From: an uncultured Pelagibacteraceae bacterium
GTDB taxonomy: Bacteria > Pseudomonadota > Alphaproteobacteria > Pelagibacterales > Pelagibacteraceae
DNA: 64,000 nucleotides
Reading direction: 5' to 3'
Assembly: GCA_902514695.1 (NCBI GenBank)
Contig: CABXRR010000002.1
Coordinates: 1,237 to 65,236 of the forward strand
The translations under genes were made by a program, and so were the position numbers. The notes below the pieces were generated by a model that did no database searches, was not told the DNA's origin, and worked only from the letters and a program-made list of their open reading frames with translations. Shown in pieces: positions 36,984-46,746 of the stretch; position 1 is the first letter of the stretch; each line of letters starts with the position of its first letter.

Positions 36984-38054
36984 ATGAAAATAGAGGGCAA
37001 AGAATATCGCACGATTTGGTTTGAGAATAATGTTGTCAAAATTATTGATCAAACAAAACTGCCACATCAATTTATTATCAAAGATTTAAAAACCGTAAAA
37101 GATTCAATCAATGCAATTAAAGTAATGGAAGTACGAGGTGCACCTTTAATAGGAGCAACAGCCGCTTATGGATTAGTTTTGGCAATTATTGAAAATAATG
37201 ATCAATCATTTTTAAATCAATCAGCTGAAAATTTAATAAATTCAAGACCAACAGCAATAAATTTAAAGTGGGCCGTTGATAGAATGATGAAAAAATTATC
37301 AGGCGTTAATAGTGATAAGATTTTAGAAATAGCCTTGAATGAGGCAAAAGAAATTTGTGAGGAAGATATAAAGTTTTGTCAAAATATAGGATTAAATGGT
37401 TTAAAAATCATAGAGGAAATTTATAAAAAAAAAAAAGATACAGTTAATATTCTCACTCATTGTAACGCAGGTTGGCTTGCAACAATAAATTGGGGGACTG
37501 CAACTTCTCCAATTTATCATGCTCATAAAAAAGGAATTCCAATTCACGTTTGGGCAGATGAAACTAGGCCAAGAAATCAAGGAGCTAATTTAACTTCTTA
37601 TGAGTTAAATGAGGAGGGGATTAAAAATACAATCATTGCAGATAATACTGGTGGTATTTTAATGCAAAGAGGTGAGGTAGATATGTGTATTGTTGGTACA
37701 GATAGAACTTTATCTAATGGGGATGTTTGTAATAAAGTTGGAACTTACTTAAAAGCACTAGCAGCAAATGATAATAATGTTCCTTTTTACGTAGCATTAC
37801 CGAGCTCTACAATTGATTGGAATATAAAAGATCATAAAGACATTCCTATTGAGGAGAGAAATTCAGAGGAGCTATCTCATATTGAAGGTATAGATGAAGA
37901 CGGAAAGATAAATAAAATACAAATATATCCAAAGAAAAGTAAAGCAATGAATCTTGCTTTTGACGTTACACCAGCAAAATATGTTACTGGATTAATAACT
38001 GAAAAAGGTATTTGTAGCGCATCAACAGAGGGATTAAAGAAGTTATTTAAATGA
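36984..38054 (+). CDS. mtnA: Methylthioribose-1-phosphate isomerase
   Basis: DQTKLP, MEVRGAPLIG, SRPTAINL, LTHCNAG, ETRPRNQG, NKVGTY, FDVTP. Confidence 0.95.
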   Translation: MKIEGKEYRTIWFENNVVKIIDQTKLPHQFIIKDLKTVKDSINAIKVMEVRGAPLIGATAAYGLVLAIIENNDQSFLNQSAENLINSRPTAINLKWAVDRMMKKLSGVNSDKILEIALNEAKEICEEDIKFCQNIGLNGLKIIEEIYKKKKDTVNILTHCNAGWLATINWGTATSPIYHAHKKGIPIHVWADETRPRNQGANLTSYELNEEGIKNTIIADNTGGILMQRGEVDMCIVGTDRTLSNGDVCNKVGTYLKALAANDNNVPFYVALPSSTIDWNIKDHKDIPIEERNSEELSHIEGIDEDGKINKIQIYPKKSKAMNLAFDVTPAKYVTGLITEKGICSASTEGLKKLFK

Positions 38055-38707
38055 AAAATTTAGATCAAAGAAATAAAATTATTGAATATTCTTTAAAATT
38101 GAATTCTACAAATCTTTCACCACTTAGATCTGGCAATATATCGTTAAGAGGGAGAGAGGATGATAAGGATGGATATTTAATTACTCCTTCTGGAAAAAAA
38201 TATGAAACTTTAAATCCGGAAGATATTGTTTTTATGGGTATAAATGAAGAGGCAGAAAATAACGACTCAATCAACAAACCTTCATCAGAATGGAGATTTC
38301 ATAGAGATATTTACGTTAATAAAAAAGACGCTCAAGCTATTGTTCATGCTCATTCACCACACGCAACAGCTGTATCTTCACATGGAAAAACAATACCACC
38401 ATTTCATTACATGATTGCACTTGCTGGAGGTGAAGACATTAAATGTGCTGATTACGCTACTTTTGGAACAGAAGAGCTCTCTAATAATGTAATTAAAGCT
38501 TTAGAAAATAGAAGTGCTTGCTTAATGTCTAATCACGGACAGGTTGCTTTTGGAAAAAATTTAGAAGATGCATTTGAACTTGCACAAGAGGTAGAAAATA
38601 TTTGTCATCAATACACTATTGCTCTAAAGTTAGGAAAGCCAAAGATTCTTTCTTTTGGGGAAATGAAGAAAGTTTTAGATAAGGCTAAAAATTATAAAAA
38701 AGGGTAA
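38051..38707 (+). CDS. Class II aldolase (FucA/Ald2-like), probable methylthioribulose/5-deoxyribulose-1-phosphate aldolase
   Basis: SGNIS, PSSEWRFH, VHAHSPHAT, NHG; directly after mtnA. Confidence 0.8.
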   Translation: MKNLDQRNKIIEYSLKLNSTNLSPLRSGNISLRGREDDKDGYLITPSGKKYETLNPEDIVFMGINEEAENNDSINKPSSEWRFHRDIYVNKKDAQAIVHAHSPHATAVSSHGKTIPPFHYMIALAGGEDIKCADYATFGTEELSNNVIKALENRSACLMSNHGQVAFGKNLEDAFELAQEVENICHQYTIALKLGKPKILSFGEMKKVLDKAKNYKKG

Positions 38708-38708
38708 G

Positions 38709-39749
38709 ATGATAAAAGTTGGGGAGCATATTACTTTAGATATAATTGGAACTTCCAAGGAATATGATCCTTCGGTTTATGAGAGAGTTATCAATAAAAT
38801 TGCTAAAGCTGCAGACGTTACTATTCTTAATATTTCCAAATATAAATTTGAACCTCAAGGATTTACAATTTTAGCTTTACTTGCTGAAAGTCATATAAGC
38901 TTTCACACTTTTCCTGAGAAGGGGATTATAAGTTTTGATTTTTTTACATGTGGAAAAATCAGCCCTTCAATAGCAATAGATATTGTTAAAAGTGAATTTG
39001 AACATAAAAGAATAGTCAAAAAAGAATTTAATAGAGATACCAGGACTCTTTATCATGATATTTATAGCTCTCCTGGTTTACAAAAATCATATGTTGTAAA
39101 TGAAGTGCTAGAAGATTTTAAATCAAAAGTTGGTCAACATATAGAAATTTTAGAATTAGAGCAGTTTGGAAAATCATTATTTATCGATGGAGAAATACAA
39201 GTAGCTGCTTCAGATGAACATTTATATAGCTCAACTTTTGTTGGAGCAGGTTTAAAATTAAATAAAGACAATGAAAGAGCAGCAATCATTGGTGGTGGTG
39301 ATGGTGGTGTAGCAAGAGAGTGTATTTCTAAAAAATTTAATTTTGTTGATTGGTATGAACTTGATCCTGAGGTGGTTGAAGTTTGTACAAAACATTTGGG
39401 TGATATTGGAAAGAAAGCAACAGAAAAAAATTCAGTAAAGTGCGTTTGGGGTGATGCTTTTGAAAGTATCAAATCTGTTAGTGACGACACTTATGATCAT
39501 ATTTTTGTTGATTTAAATGATGACCAGTTTTGTATAGATCTTGCTGCGAAAAATATGGACTCATTAGTGAGAATACTCAAACCTAAAGGTGTTATTACTG
39601 CACAAGTTGGAAGTCAGGATAAAAAACCTCTTCAAGTTGAAAATTGGCTGAATGTGTTCAATCATCATTTTGGAAATACTAATTTATCTAGAGTTTACAT
39701 ACCTAGTTTTGATTGTTCTTGGAACTTCTCATCATCAATAAATCACTAA
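38709..39749 (+). CDS. Fused S-adenosylmethionine decarboxylase / aminopropyltransferase (SpeD-SpeE)
   Basis: N-terminal FEPQG, LAESHISFHTFPE, DFFTCG (pyruvoyl AdoMetDC); C-terminal IDGEIQ, IIGGGDGG, ELDPEVV. Confidence 0.9.
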   Translation: MIKVGEHITLDIIGTSKEYDPSVYERVINKIAKAADVTILNISKYKFEPQGFTILALLAESHISFHTFPEKGIISFDFFTCGKISPSIAIDIVKSEFEHKRIVKKEFNRDTRTLYHDIYSSPGLQKSYVVNEVLEDFKSKVGQHIEILELEQFGKSLFIDGEIQVAASDEHLYSSTFVGAGLKLNKDNERAAIIGGGDGGVARECISKKFNFVDWYELDPEVVEVCTKHLGDIGKKATEKNSVKCVWGDAFESIKSVSDDTYDHIFVDLNDDQFCIDLAAKNMDSLVRILKPKGVITAQVGSQDKKPLQVENWLNVFNHHFGNTNLSRVYIPSFDCSWNFSSSINH

Positions 39750-39813
39750 TTTTTTCTTTTTTAATTCTTTATTTTGTGAAATACTTTGCACAAAATTATT
39801 AAAGGAGAAAATA

Positions 39814-40644
39814 ATGAATATACTAAAAAAGACTATTTTTTCAGTTTTAGCTTCTTTACTTATCATTGGAAACGTATTCGCTGCTGATAAAATTAAGATA
39901 GGAACTGAAGGTGCTTATCCTCCGTGGAATTCAAAAGATGCCTCAGGTAAGTTGATTGGGTTTGAAGTTGAATTAGCTTACACACTTTGCAGATATATTG
40001 GACAGCAATGTGTGATCGTTGAACAAGACTGGGATGGAATGATACCAGCATTAATAATGAGAAAATTTGATGCGATCATGGCAGGAATGTCAATCACTGC
40101 TGAAAGACAAAAAGCAATTAGCTTTTCACAAGGTTATGCGGATGAAGTTGCTTCATTAGCAGTTATGAAAGGTTCTAGTTTAGAAGGTTTAGATACGCCA
40201 GCTGGAATTAATCTAACTAAACCAAATGCTGCTGCAAAAAAAGCTTTAAAAACTTTAACAGCTGCTTTAGCAGGAAAAACTGTTTGTGTTCAAACTGCTA
40301 CAATCCACCAAAACTTTTTAGACTCTGGTGATGTAGGAAAAGTAAATGTAAGAACTTACAAAACACAGGATGAAGTTAACTTGGATTTAGCATCAGGAAG
40401 ATGTGATGCTGCTTTAGCTGCAGCTGTTGCATTCAGTGATTATGCAGAAAAATCTGGTAAACCTGTTGTATTAACAGGACCAACTTTCTCAGGTGGCGCA
40501 TTCGGAAACGGTGTGGGTGTAGGTATTAGAAAAGATGATACTGAACTTTTGAAAAAGTTTAACGCTGCAATTAATAAAGCAAGAAAAAACGGAGACATTA
40601 GTAGAATTGCTACTAAGTGGTTTGGTTTTGACGCTTCTATGTAA
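39814..40644 (+). CDS. Polar amino acid/opine ABC substrate-binding protein (OccT/ArgT-like)
   Basis: GTEGAYPPW, DWDGMIPAL, MSITAER, signal peptide. Confidence 0.88.
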   Translation: MNILKKTIFSVLASLLIIGNVFAADKIKIGTEGAYPPWNSKDASGKLIGFEVELAYTLCRYIGQQCVIVEQDWDGMIPALIMRKFDAIMAGMSITAERQKAISFSQGYADEVASLAVMKGSSLEGLDTPAGINLTKPNAAAKKALKTLTAALAGKTVCVQTATIHQNFLDSGDVGKVNVRTYKTQDEVNLDLASGRCDAALAAAVAFSDYAEKSGKPVVLTGPTFSGGAFGNGVGVGIRKDDTELLKKFNAAINKARKNGDISRIATKWFGFDASM

Positions 40645-40658
40645 TTAAATTTTAGATC

Positions 40659-40683
40659 TGGCGACTATAATTTATAGTCGCCA
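40659..40683 (+). terminator. Hairpin after the substrate-binding protein gene
   Basis: TGGCGACTATAA-t-TTATAGTCGCCA inverted repeat, 6 nt before the next ATG; only a weak T-tail. Confidence 0.65.
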
Positions 40684-40689
40684 ATCTTT

Positions 40690-41382
40690 ATGGAACTTCT
40701 AACATTTGGAGATACTGGTTGGGGTGACGAGTTATTTTACGCAACCCTAATGACAATTGCTGTTGCTATTACAGCAATGCTAATTGGTTTTTTTTTCGCT
40801 TTAATATTTACACCTCTTAAATTATCAAAAAATAAATTTTTAAATTTAGTAGCAAATACATACACCACAATAATTCGAGGAGTTCCAGAATTACTCGTTA
40901 TTTACTTATTCTTTTTTGGTGGAAGTGCTGCGGTAATGTTTGTTGCATCTATATTTGGGTATGGTGAATATATTGAAATAAATGCTTTTATAACTGGTGC
41001 ATTTTCAATTGGTATAATATCAGGGGCTTATTCTACAGAAGTCTTCAGAGGAGCAATACAATCAATAGATAAAGGTCAATTTGAAGCTGCCAATGTTTTA
41101 GGATTAGGAAAATTTGGTAAATTTTTTAAAGTCATTCTTCCTCAAACTTTGAGATTAGCTTTACCAAATTTGAGCAATGTTTGGCAGATAACTCTTAAAG
41201 ATACATCTTTAATTTCAGTTACCGGTTTAGTTGAAATTATGAGACAATCTTATGTTGCAGCGGGATCTACAAGAGATCCATTATTTTTTTACTCCTTTGC
41301 AGCTGTTTTGTATTTGTTGCTTACATTTTTGAGTATGAAGTTAATTAATAGATTAGAAGCAAAATATAGCAGGGGGTATTAG
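40690..41382 (+). CDS. Polar amino acid ABC permease (HisQ/OccQ-like)
   Basis: RGVPEL, GAYSTEVFRGA, GQFEAA, LKDTSL. Confidence 0.88.
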   Translation: MELLTFGDTGWGDELFYATLMTIAVAITAMLIGFFFALIFTPLKLSKNKFLNLVANTYTTIIRGVPELLVIYLFFFGGSAAVMFVASIFGYGEYIEINAFITGAFSIGIISGAYSTEVFRGAIQSIDKGQFEAANVLGLGKFGKFFKVILPQTLRLALPNLSNVWQITLKDTSLISVTGLVEIMRQSYVAAGSTRDPLFFYSFAAVLYLLLTFLSMKLINRLEAKYSRGY

Positions 41383-42059
41383 TGGACTTTGAATTAATGA
41401 TTAATAGCTTCCCGAAATTACTAAATGCAGCAGCTATAACTTTAAAACTTTTATCAGTTTCTTTGATAATTGGTTTGTTTATTGGATTATTATTTGCAAT
41501 TTTAAGATTAAATAAAAATATATTTATAAATAAATTTGCATATGGCTATTCTTATTTGTTTAGAGGTACACCATTATTAGTTCAAATATTCATTATTTAT
41601 TTTGGTTTGGGTCAAATTGAATATTTAAGAACAACATTTTTATGGACTATTCTCAAGGAACCTTATTGGTGTGCAATTATAGCTTTTGCATTAAACACAG
41701 GAGCTTATACTTCCGAAATACTTAGATCTGCATTTCAAACAATCAAGCCAGGTATTATTGAAGCTGGAAAAAGTTTAGGAATATCAAGTAAAATTATTTT
41801 TTATAAAATTCAAATACCAATAGCTATTAGACAATCTCTCCCAGCTTACGGTAATGAAATAATTTTAATGATGAAAGGAACCTCTTTAGCCAGCACAGTT
41901 ACATTAATGGATTTGACTGGTGTTGCAAAATACATAATTTCTACAACTTTTAGACCGGTAGAAGTCTTCATAGTAGCGGGTGGAATATATCTGTTTATGA
42001 CTTTTATAATTCACAACATTATTAAGTTTTTAGAAAAAAAATATAGTTTTAATTCCTAA
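41382..42059 (+). CDS. Polar amino acid ABC permease (HisM/OccM-like)
   Basis: FRGTPLLVQ, AYTSEILR, KGTSLAST; GTG start. Confidence 0.88.
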   Translation: MDFELMINSFPKLLNAAAITLKLLSVSLIIGLFIGLLFAILRLNKNIFINKFAYGYSYLFRGTPLLVQIFIIYFGLGQIEYLRTTFLWTILKEPYWCAIIAFALNTGAYTSEILRSAFQTIKPGIIEAGKSLGISSKIIFYKIQIPIAIRQSLPAYGNEIILMMKGTSLASTVTLMDLTGVAKYIISTTFRPVEVFIVAGGIYLFMTFIIHNIIKFLEKKYSFNS

Positions 42060-43207
42060 AGAATAACTAAATCTAGTTTTTGATTTCCAAGTCTCTCGTT
42101 ACCATTTTCAGTTACCAAGTAAGTTTCACCAAGATTCATCGCTAGCTGATTTTCTGAGTCCATTAAAATCATATGCATAAAGAAAACATTACCTGGTTTA
42201 ATTTCATATGGATTACCAGTGTAAATCATTGGCCAATCCATCCAATTAGGAGAAAAAGTTGATCCTAATGAATAACCACATGCGTTCATTCTCGCTTTTT
42301 TAAAACCTAAATTATCAAAAGTTTTTGCATGAGCGTCAAAAACTTCACCAATTTTATTTCTAGGTTTAAGTTTATTTTCACAACTCTTTAATGCTTCAAC
42401 ACAAGCCTCATGCATTTTGTGATGTTTTGGATCTGATTTTCCAATTGGGATAGTTCTAAACATTGCAGAATGATAATGCCTATAAGTACCTGCCCACTCT
42501 ACAGTTAATTGATCTTGTTTATTTAAAGTTTGTTTTTCTGCTTGATAACGACATAGAAGAGCATTTTTTCCTGAACCAATAATAAATTCGTTTGCAGGAT
42601 AATCACCACCCCCTTCAAATATAACTCTATTCATCTCAGCTAATATTTTAGACTCACTAATACCAGCTTTTGTATGTTTCCAAACTTCATCTAAAGCTTT
42701 ATCAGCAAGCTCAGCGGCTTTTTTTACATAAATAATTTCTTCTTTAGATTTAACAACTCTAATCTTTGTTATCAATTCTGATTGATCTTCAACACTACAA
42801 TAATCTTCTAAAGATTTATTTAATCTTAAAGCATTTCGACCCGTCAAACCGTAAGCTTCATATTCAACTCCTAATTTTTTTCCTTTAAGTTTTAATTCAT
42901 CTAAAATAATTTTAAGATCATTAGTTGGGTTTGATCCATCTTTATCAATCCAAATTCTTATATCTTCTATGTTTGATGTATTTTGAGCCTGTCTTAAATC
43001 AGGAGCCCTCGTTAACAATATCGTATTTCCATTTTTATCTAAGATTAGTGACTGAAAAAAAACGTACCCAAATGTGTCATAGCCGGTCAACCAATACATT
43101 GACTCTTGCCTGAACATCATGAGAGCATCAAGATTTTGTTCTTTCATTGAGCTAAGAACCTTATTTTTTCTTTTTAAAAATTCTTCTTTTGAAAAATGAA
43201 GTGCCAT
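42056..43207 (-). CDS. M24 (Xaa-Pro peptidase/creatinase/ectoine hydrolase) fold hydrolase
   Basis: ESMYWLTGYD, RVVKSKEEI, YHSAMFRT, CGYSLG, GETYLVT. Confidence 0.8.
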   Translation of the reverse strand: MALHFSKEEFLKRKNKVLSSMKEQNLDALMMFRQESMYWLTGYDTFGYVFFQSLILDKNGNTILLTRAPDLRQAQNTSNIEDIRIWIDKDGSNPTNDLKIILDELKLKGKKLGVEYEAYGLTGRNALRLNKSLEDYCSVEDQSELITKIRVVKSKEEIIYVKKAAELADKALDEVWKHTKAGISESKILAEMNRVIFEGGGDYPANEFIIGSGKNALLCRYQAEKQTLNKQDQLTVEWAGTYRHYHSAMFRTIPIGKSDPKHHKMHEACVEALKSCENKLKPRNKIGEVFDAHAKTFDNLGFKKARMNACGYSLGSTFSPNWMDWPMIYTGNPYEIKPGNVFFMHMILMDSENQLAMNLGETYLVTENGNERLGNQKLDLVIL

Positions 43208-43215
43208 TAAATAAT

Positions 43216-43605
43216 TTAATAACTTGTATATTCTTTAATCTCTTTAATTACTGAACCGGTATGATTATTGATTTCTAATTTAATTTTTGCTCTATCATCA
43301 TTTAAGAAATGGACATCTCTTGAAAGCTTTATAAACTTTTCACCAAAATTTTTATCTTTTTCACATTGTCTTTTATCATCTTCAATAACCCAGAGTTTCG
43401 CATTTATTTCTTTAAGGGATTGAAAAAGTTCATTAAGTTTATCGTCTGGCTTAATGTTATTTTCCAATTGATTTTTTAAAATAGAATGTTCATTAGAGAT
43501 AAACTTAAGTTTTTCAGGATCTTTGATTTTTTCTTGTTTGATTTCTAAAATTGAAATTTTATCCAAAAGCTCACCAATTGAAACTTCTACTATAATTTTA
43601 TTCAT
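43216..43605 (-). CDS. DUF6165-like conserved protein
   Basis: VSIGELLDKISILEIK...LWVIEDDKR...NDDRAKIKLEIN...EIKEY. Confidence 0.7.
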   Translation of the reverse strand: MNKIIVEVSIGELLDKISILEIKQEKIKDPEKLKFISNEHSILKNQLENNIKPDDKLNELFQSLKEINAKLWVIEDDKRQCEKDKNFGEKFIKLSRDVHFLNDDRAKIKLEINNHTGSVIKEIKEYTSY

Positions 43606-43637
43606 AAAATTTAATACTGTGCTATCTTGTTTTAAAT

Positions 43638-44579
43638 ATGTCTAATATTTTAATTATTAAACACGGTTCTTTAGGAGATATAGCCCAAGCTAGTGGTGCA
43701 ATTCAAGACATATCTGAGAATCATAAAGGTGATCAAATTTATTTATTAACAACCAAACAATATTTAGAAGTATTTAAGAAAAATCCTTTTATTCATGAGG
43801 TAATTTTAGATAAAAGATTGCCCAGATATAATTTAATCTATTTATATTTTTTAATGCGAGAGCTTAAAAGATATAATTTTACAAAAGTTTTTGATCTTCA
43901 AAATTCATCAAGAACTAATTTTTATAAAAATATCCTTTTTTCAAAAGCAGTTAAAGAAGTCTGGTCTAGTTCATTAACGACTTTACCATCAGATAAAAAC
44001 AAAGATGAATTCGATAAAATTTCAGTCCTTGAAAGATTTGATCATCAGTTAAAATCATCAGGTCTAAATACATCAAATATTTTGAAACCTGATTTTAAAT
44101 GGGCAGCCACAGATATAAGTGAGATTCGAAATTTTTATAAATTAAACAAATACATTTTGCTTTTTCCTTTTTGTTCACCACACTTAACAGTAAAAAAATG
44201 GCCTTATTACAATAAACTTATTGAACTAATTTTAAATAGATATGGTGAAGAATATAAAATTGTTACAGCTCCTGGTCCCTCTGAGATTAAGGATGCAAAG
44301 GATATAAATGCAGTGGCTTTATTAGATAACGGAAAATCACTAGATATTTCTCAACTTACTTCACTAATCAAAGATAGTTCATTTGTCATCGCTAATGATA
44401 CGGGACCAGCTCATATTGCTGCTCATGTAGGAGCTAAGGGATTAACTTTATTTGGCAAACATACAACGGCTTATAAAGTCAGTATTGAAAGGGAAAATTT
44501 TAAAGCAATAGAAGTTACAGATCTTAATAATTTAAGTGCTGAAAAAGTTTTTGAAAGATTGTCTACTTCTCTGTCTTAG
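43638..44579 (+). CDS. Glycosyltransferase family 9 (heptosyltransferase-like)
   Basis: HGSLGD, DLQ, KKWP, NDTGPAHIAA. Confidence 0.88.
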   Translation: MSNILIIKHGSLGDIAQASGAIQDISENHKGDQIYLLTTKQYLEVFKKNPFIHEVILDKRLPRYNLIYLYFLMRELKRYNFTKVFDLQNSSRTNFYKNILFSKAVKEVWSSSLTTLPSDKNKDEFDKISVLERFDHQLKSSGLNTSNILKPDFKWAATDISEIRNFYKLNKYILLFPFCSPHLTVKKWPYYNKLIELILNRYGEEYKIVTAPGPSEIKDAKDINAVALLDNGKSLDISQLTSLIKDSSFVIANDTGPAHIAAHVGAKGLTLFGKHTTAYKVSIERENFKAIEVTDLNNLSAEKVFERLSTSLS

Positions 44580-45658
44580 TTAAGAATTTTCTTATATTCT
44601 TCTAGAATATTTTTCCACTGAAATTTAGAAACACACCCTTTAGCATTTTTTCCAAGTTCTAAATATTTTTTGTCTTCTATCATAGAATTTAATGATGAAT
44701 ATATTTCATCTAAACTATTTCCATCACAAATTAATCCAGTCTTATCATGAATGATTGCATCTGATGCTCCACCATCTTTTCCACCAAGAGAGGGAACACC
44801 ATATTGAGCAGCTTCAACGTAAGCTATTCCAAATCCTTCTACTGATGTTTTATGTATAATAGAGGGCATAACAAAAATATTTGATTTAGCAATTAGAGCA
44901 TTTTTTAAATCGTTGCTTATATCTTTGAAAAACATAACTTGTGAACTTAAATCAAGTTCTTGTACTAGTTTTTTTAGGTTTTCCTCTTCATCTCCATAAC
45001 CAATACAAATGTAAACTATATCAGGGTATAATTGTTTTAAATTCCTAAGAGCCATAATTATTTTTTCATGATTTTTTCTTTTATCAAATCTGGAAACTGT
45101 AATTAGTCTTGGTGATTTTATCTTGAGTAAACTCTCAACTTTTTCTAATGATTTTTTATTTAATTCATTCGCCGGATTAACTCCTGGGTTAATAACAACA
45201 ATCTTGTCTTTACTAACTCCATTGTTAATTGCTAAGTTTTTAGTATATTCAGAATTAGCAACTACTTTTTCTACGTTACTTAAAACTTTGATCACTCTTT
45301 TATTCAAAGAACTATTTTTTGAATGGTTAATTTCCTTTCCATGAATTAAACAATATTTTTTTTTATCAGTATTAATTAGTTCTAAGCTTTTCCAATGATC
45401 AGCAATTATTCCTTGAACTTTATTTTCTTTTAAAAACTCATTTATAAGTTGAGCTTTTCTAATTTTTCTTAAAAATTTTACTCCCCCAACTCTTTCAATT
45501 GAAAAGTTTTCTTTTTTATCAAATTCTTTATGGTTGTCTTGATAATCTGCAAAAACTTTTACCATAAAGTTTTTGGACATCTCTTTAGTTAGACCCCACA
45601 TAAGACTTTGCATACCACCTAATTCTGGTGGAAAGGCTCTAGTTACTATTAGATACAT
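44576..45658 (-). CDS. Glycosyltransferase family 4
   Basis: FPPELGG, HGKE, NSEYT, EGFGIAYVEA. Confidence 0.88.
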   Translation of the reverse strand: MYLIVTRAFPPELGGMQSLMWGLTKEMSKNFMVKVFADYQDNHKEFDKKENFSIERVGGVKFLRKIRKAQLINEFLKENKVQGIIADHWKSLELINTDKKKYCLIHGKEINHSKNSSLNKRVIKVLSNVEKVVANSEYTKNLAINNGVSKDKIVVINPGVNPANELNKKSLEKVESLLKIKSPRLITVSRFDKRKNHEKIIMALRNLKQLYPDIVYICIGYGDEEENLKKLVQELDLSSQVMFFKDISNDLKNALIAKSNIFVMPSIIHKTSVEGFGIAYVEAAQYGVPSLGGKDGGASDAIIHDKTGLICDGNSLDEIYSSLNSMIEDKKYLELGKNAKGCVSKFQWKNILEEYKKILN

Positions 45659-45661
45659 TAA

Positions 45662-46213
45662 TTATTGCTTCCACTTAATGCTACAACCAGCACTAGGTGT
45701 CTGATTTTCAGGACCTTTGCTAGTTTCAGAAATTTGTTTCATAGCTTTAAACAAATCACTTTCACCTTCTCTTACTGGAATTAAATTTTTAAGTTCTCTT
45801 AAACGCCCTCTGTATTGAAGTTCTAAATTCTTATTATAACCAAAAAAATCTGGTGTACATACTGCATCATATGTTTTTGCAATTTCTTGAGTTTCATCAT
45901 TTAAATAAGGAAAACTAAATTGATTTTTTTTAGCAAATACAATCATGTTTTCAAAAGAATCTTCAGGATAATTTTCTGCATCATTAGCACAAATAGCTAC
46001 TGAGTTAATTCCAATTTTTTTTAATTCATTGCAATCTTCAACAATATCTTTTGTTACAGCTTTAACATAAGGACAGTGGTTACATATAAACATTATCAAC
46101 GTACCATTTTCACCCTTGATATCATTTAGGGATAATATTTTATTGTCAGTTGATTTTAACTCAAAGTCATGAGCCTTTTGACCAAAATCACATATTGGAG
46201 TTTGTATTGGCAT
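45662..46213 (-). CDS. Thioredoxin-like/AhpC-TSA family protein
   Basis: FICNHCPYV, AVCTPDFF, YRGR, GCSIKW. Confidence 0.88.
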   Translation of the reverse strand: MPIQTPICDFGQKAHDFELKSTDNKILSLNDIKGENGTLIMFICNHCPYVKAVTKDIVEDCNELKKIGINSVAICANDAENYPEDSFENMIVFAKKNQFSFPYLNDETQEIAKTYDAVCTPDFFGYNKNLELQYRGRLRELKNLIPVREGESDLFKAMKQISETSKGPENQTPSAGCSIKWKQ

Positions 46214-46233
46214 AATGTAATATTATATAAATT

Positions 46234-46746
46234 ATGTTTTACGATTTAAAAGATAAAAAACCAAAAAACTCTGGCGAAAATTGGGTAGCCCCAAATGCTG
46301 TTGTAATAGGTGACGTTACATTAGAAAAAAATACAAGTATTTGGTTCAATGCAACCTTAAGAGGAGATATAGAAAACATTCATATAGGTGAGGGTTCAAA
46401 CGTTCAAGATGGAAGTGTTCTTCATACAGACCCGGGTTGTCCTTTAAAAGTTGGTAAAGATGTAACAGTTGGACATTTAGTTATGCTTCATGGATGCACG
46501 ATTGGAGATAATAGTTTAATTGGGATAGGAGCAGTGATCCTTAACAATGCTAAAATAGGAAAGAACTGTATAATTGGAGCTAAAGCTTTAATTACAGAGA
46601 ATAAAGAAATACCTGATAACTCTTTAGTAGTCGGCTCCCCAGGAAAGGTTGTAAGAGAAGTTACTGAAGAAGAAAAAAAAGCAGTTTGGGAAAACACAAA
46701 ACATTATCAAGACAATTGGAAAAGATATTCTAAATCAATTTTTTAA
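46234..46746 (+). CDS. Gamma carbonic anhydrase family (YrdA/PaaY-like)
   Basis: [23 protein letters not shown] hexapeptide repeats. Confidence 0.9.
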   Translation: MFYDLKDKKPKNSGENWVAPNAVVIGDVTLEKNTSIWFNATLRGDIENIHIGEGSNVQDGSVLHTDPGCPLKVGKDVTVGHLVMLHGCTIGDNSLIGIGAVILNNAKIGKNCIIGAKALITENKEIPDNSLVVGSPGKVVREVTEEEKKAVWENTKHYQDNWKRYSKSIF

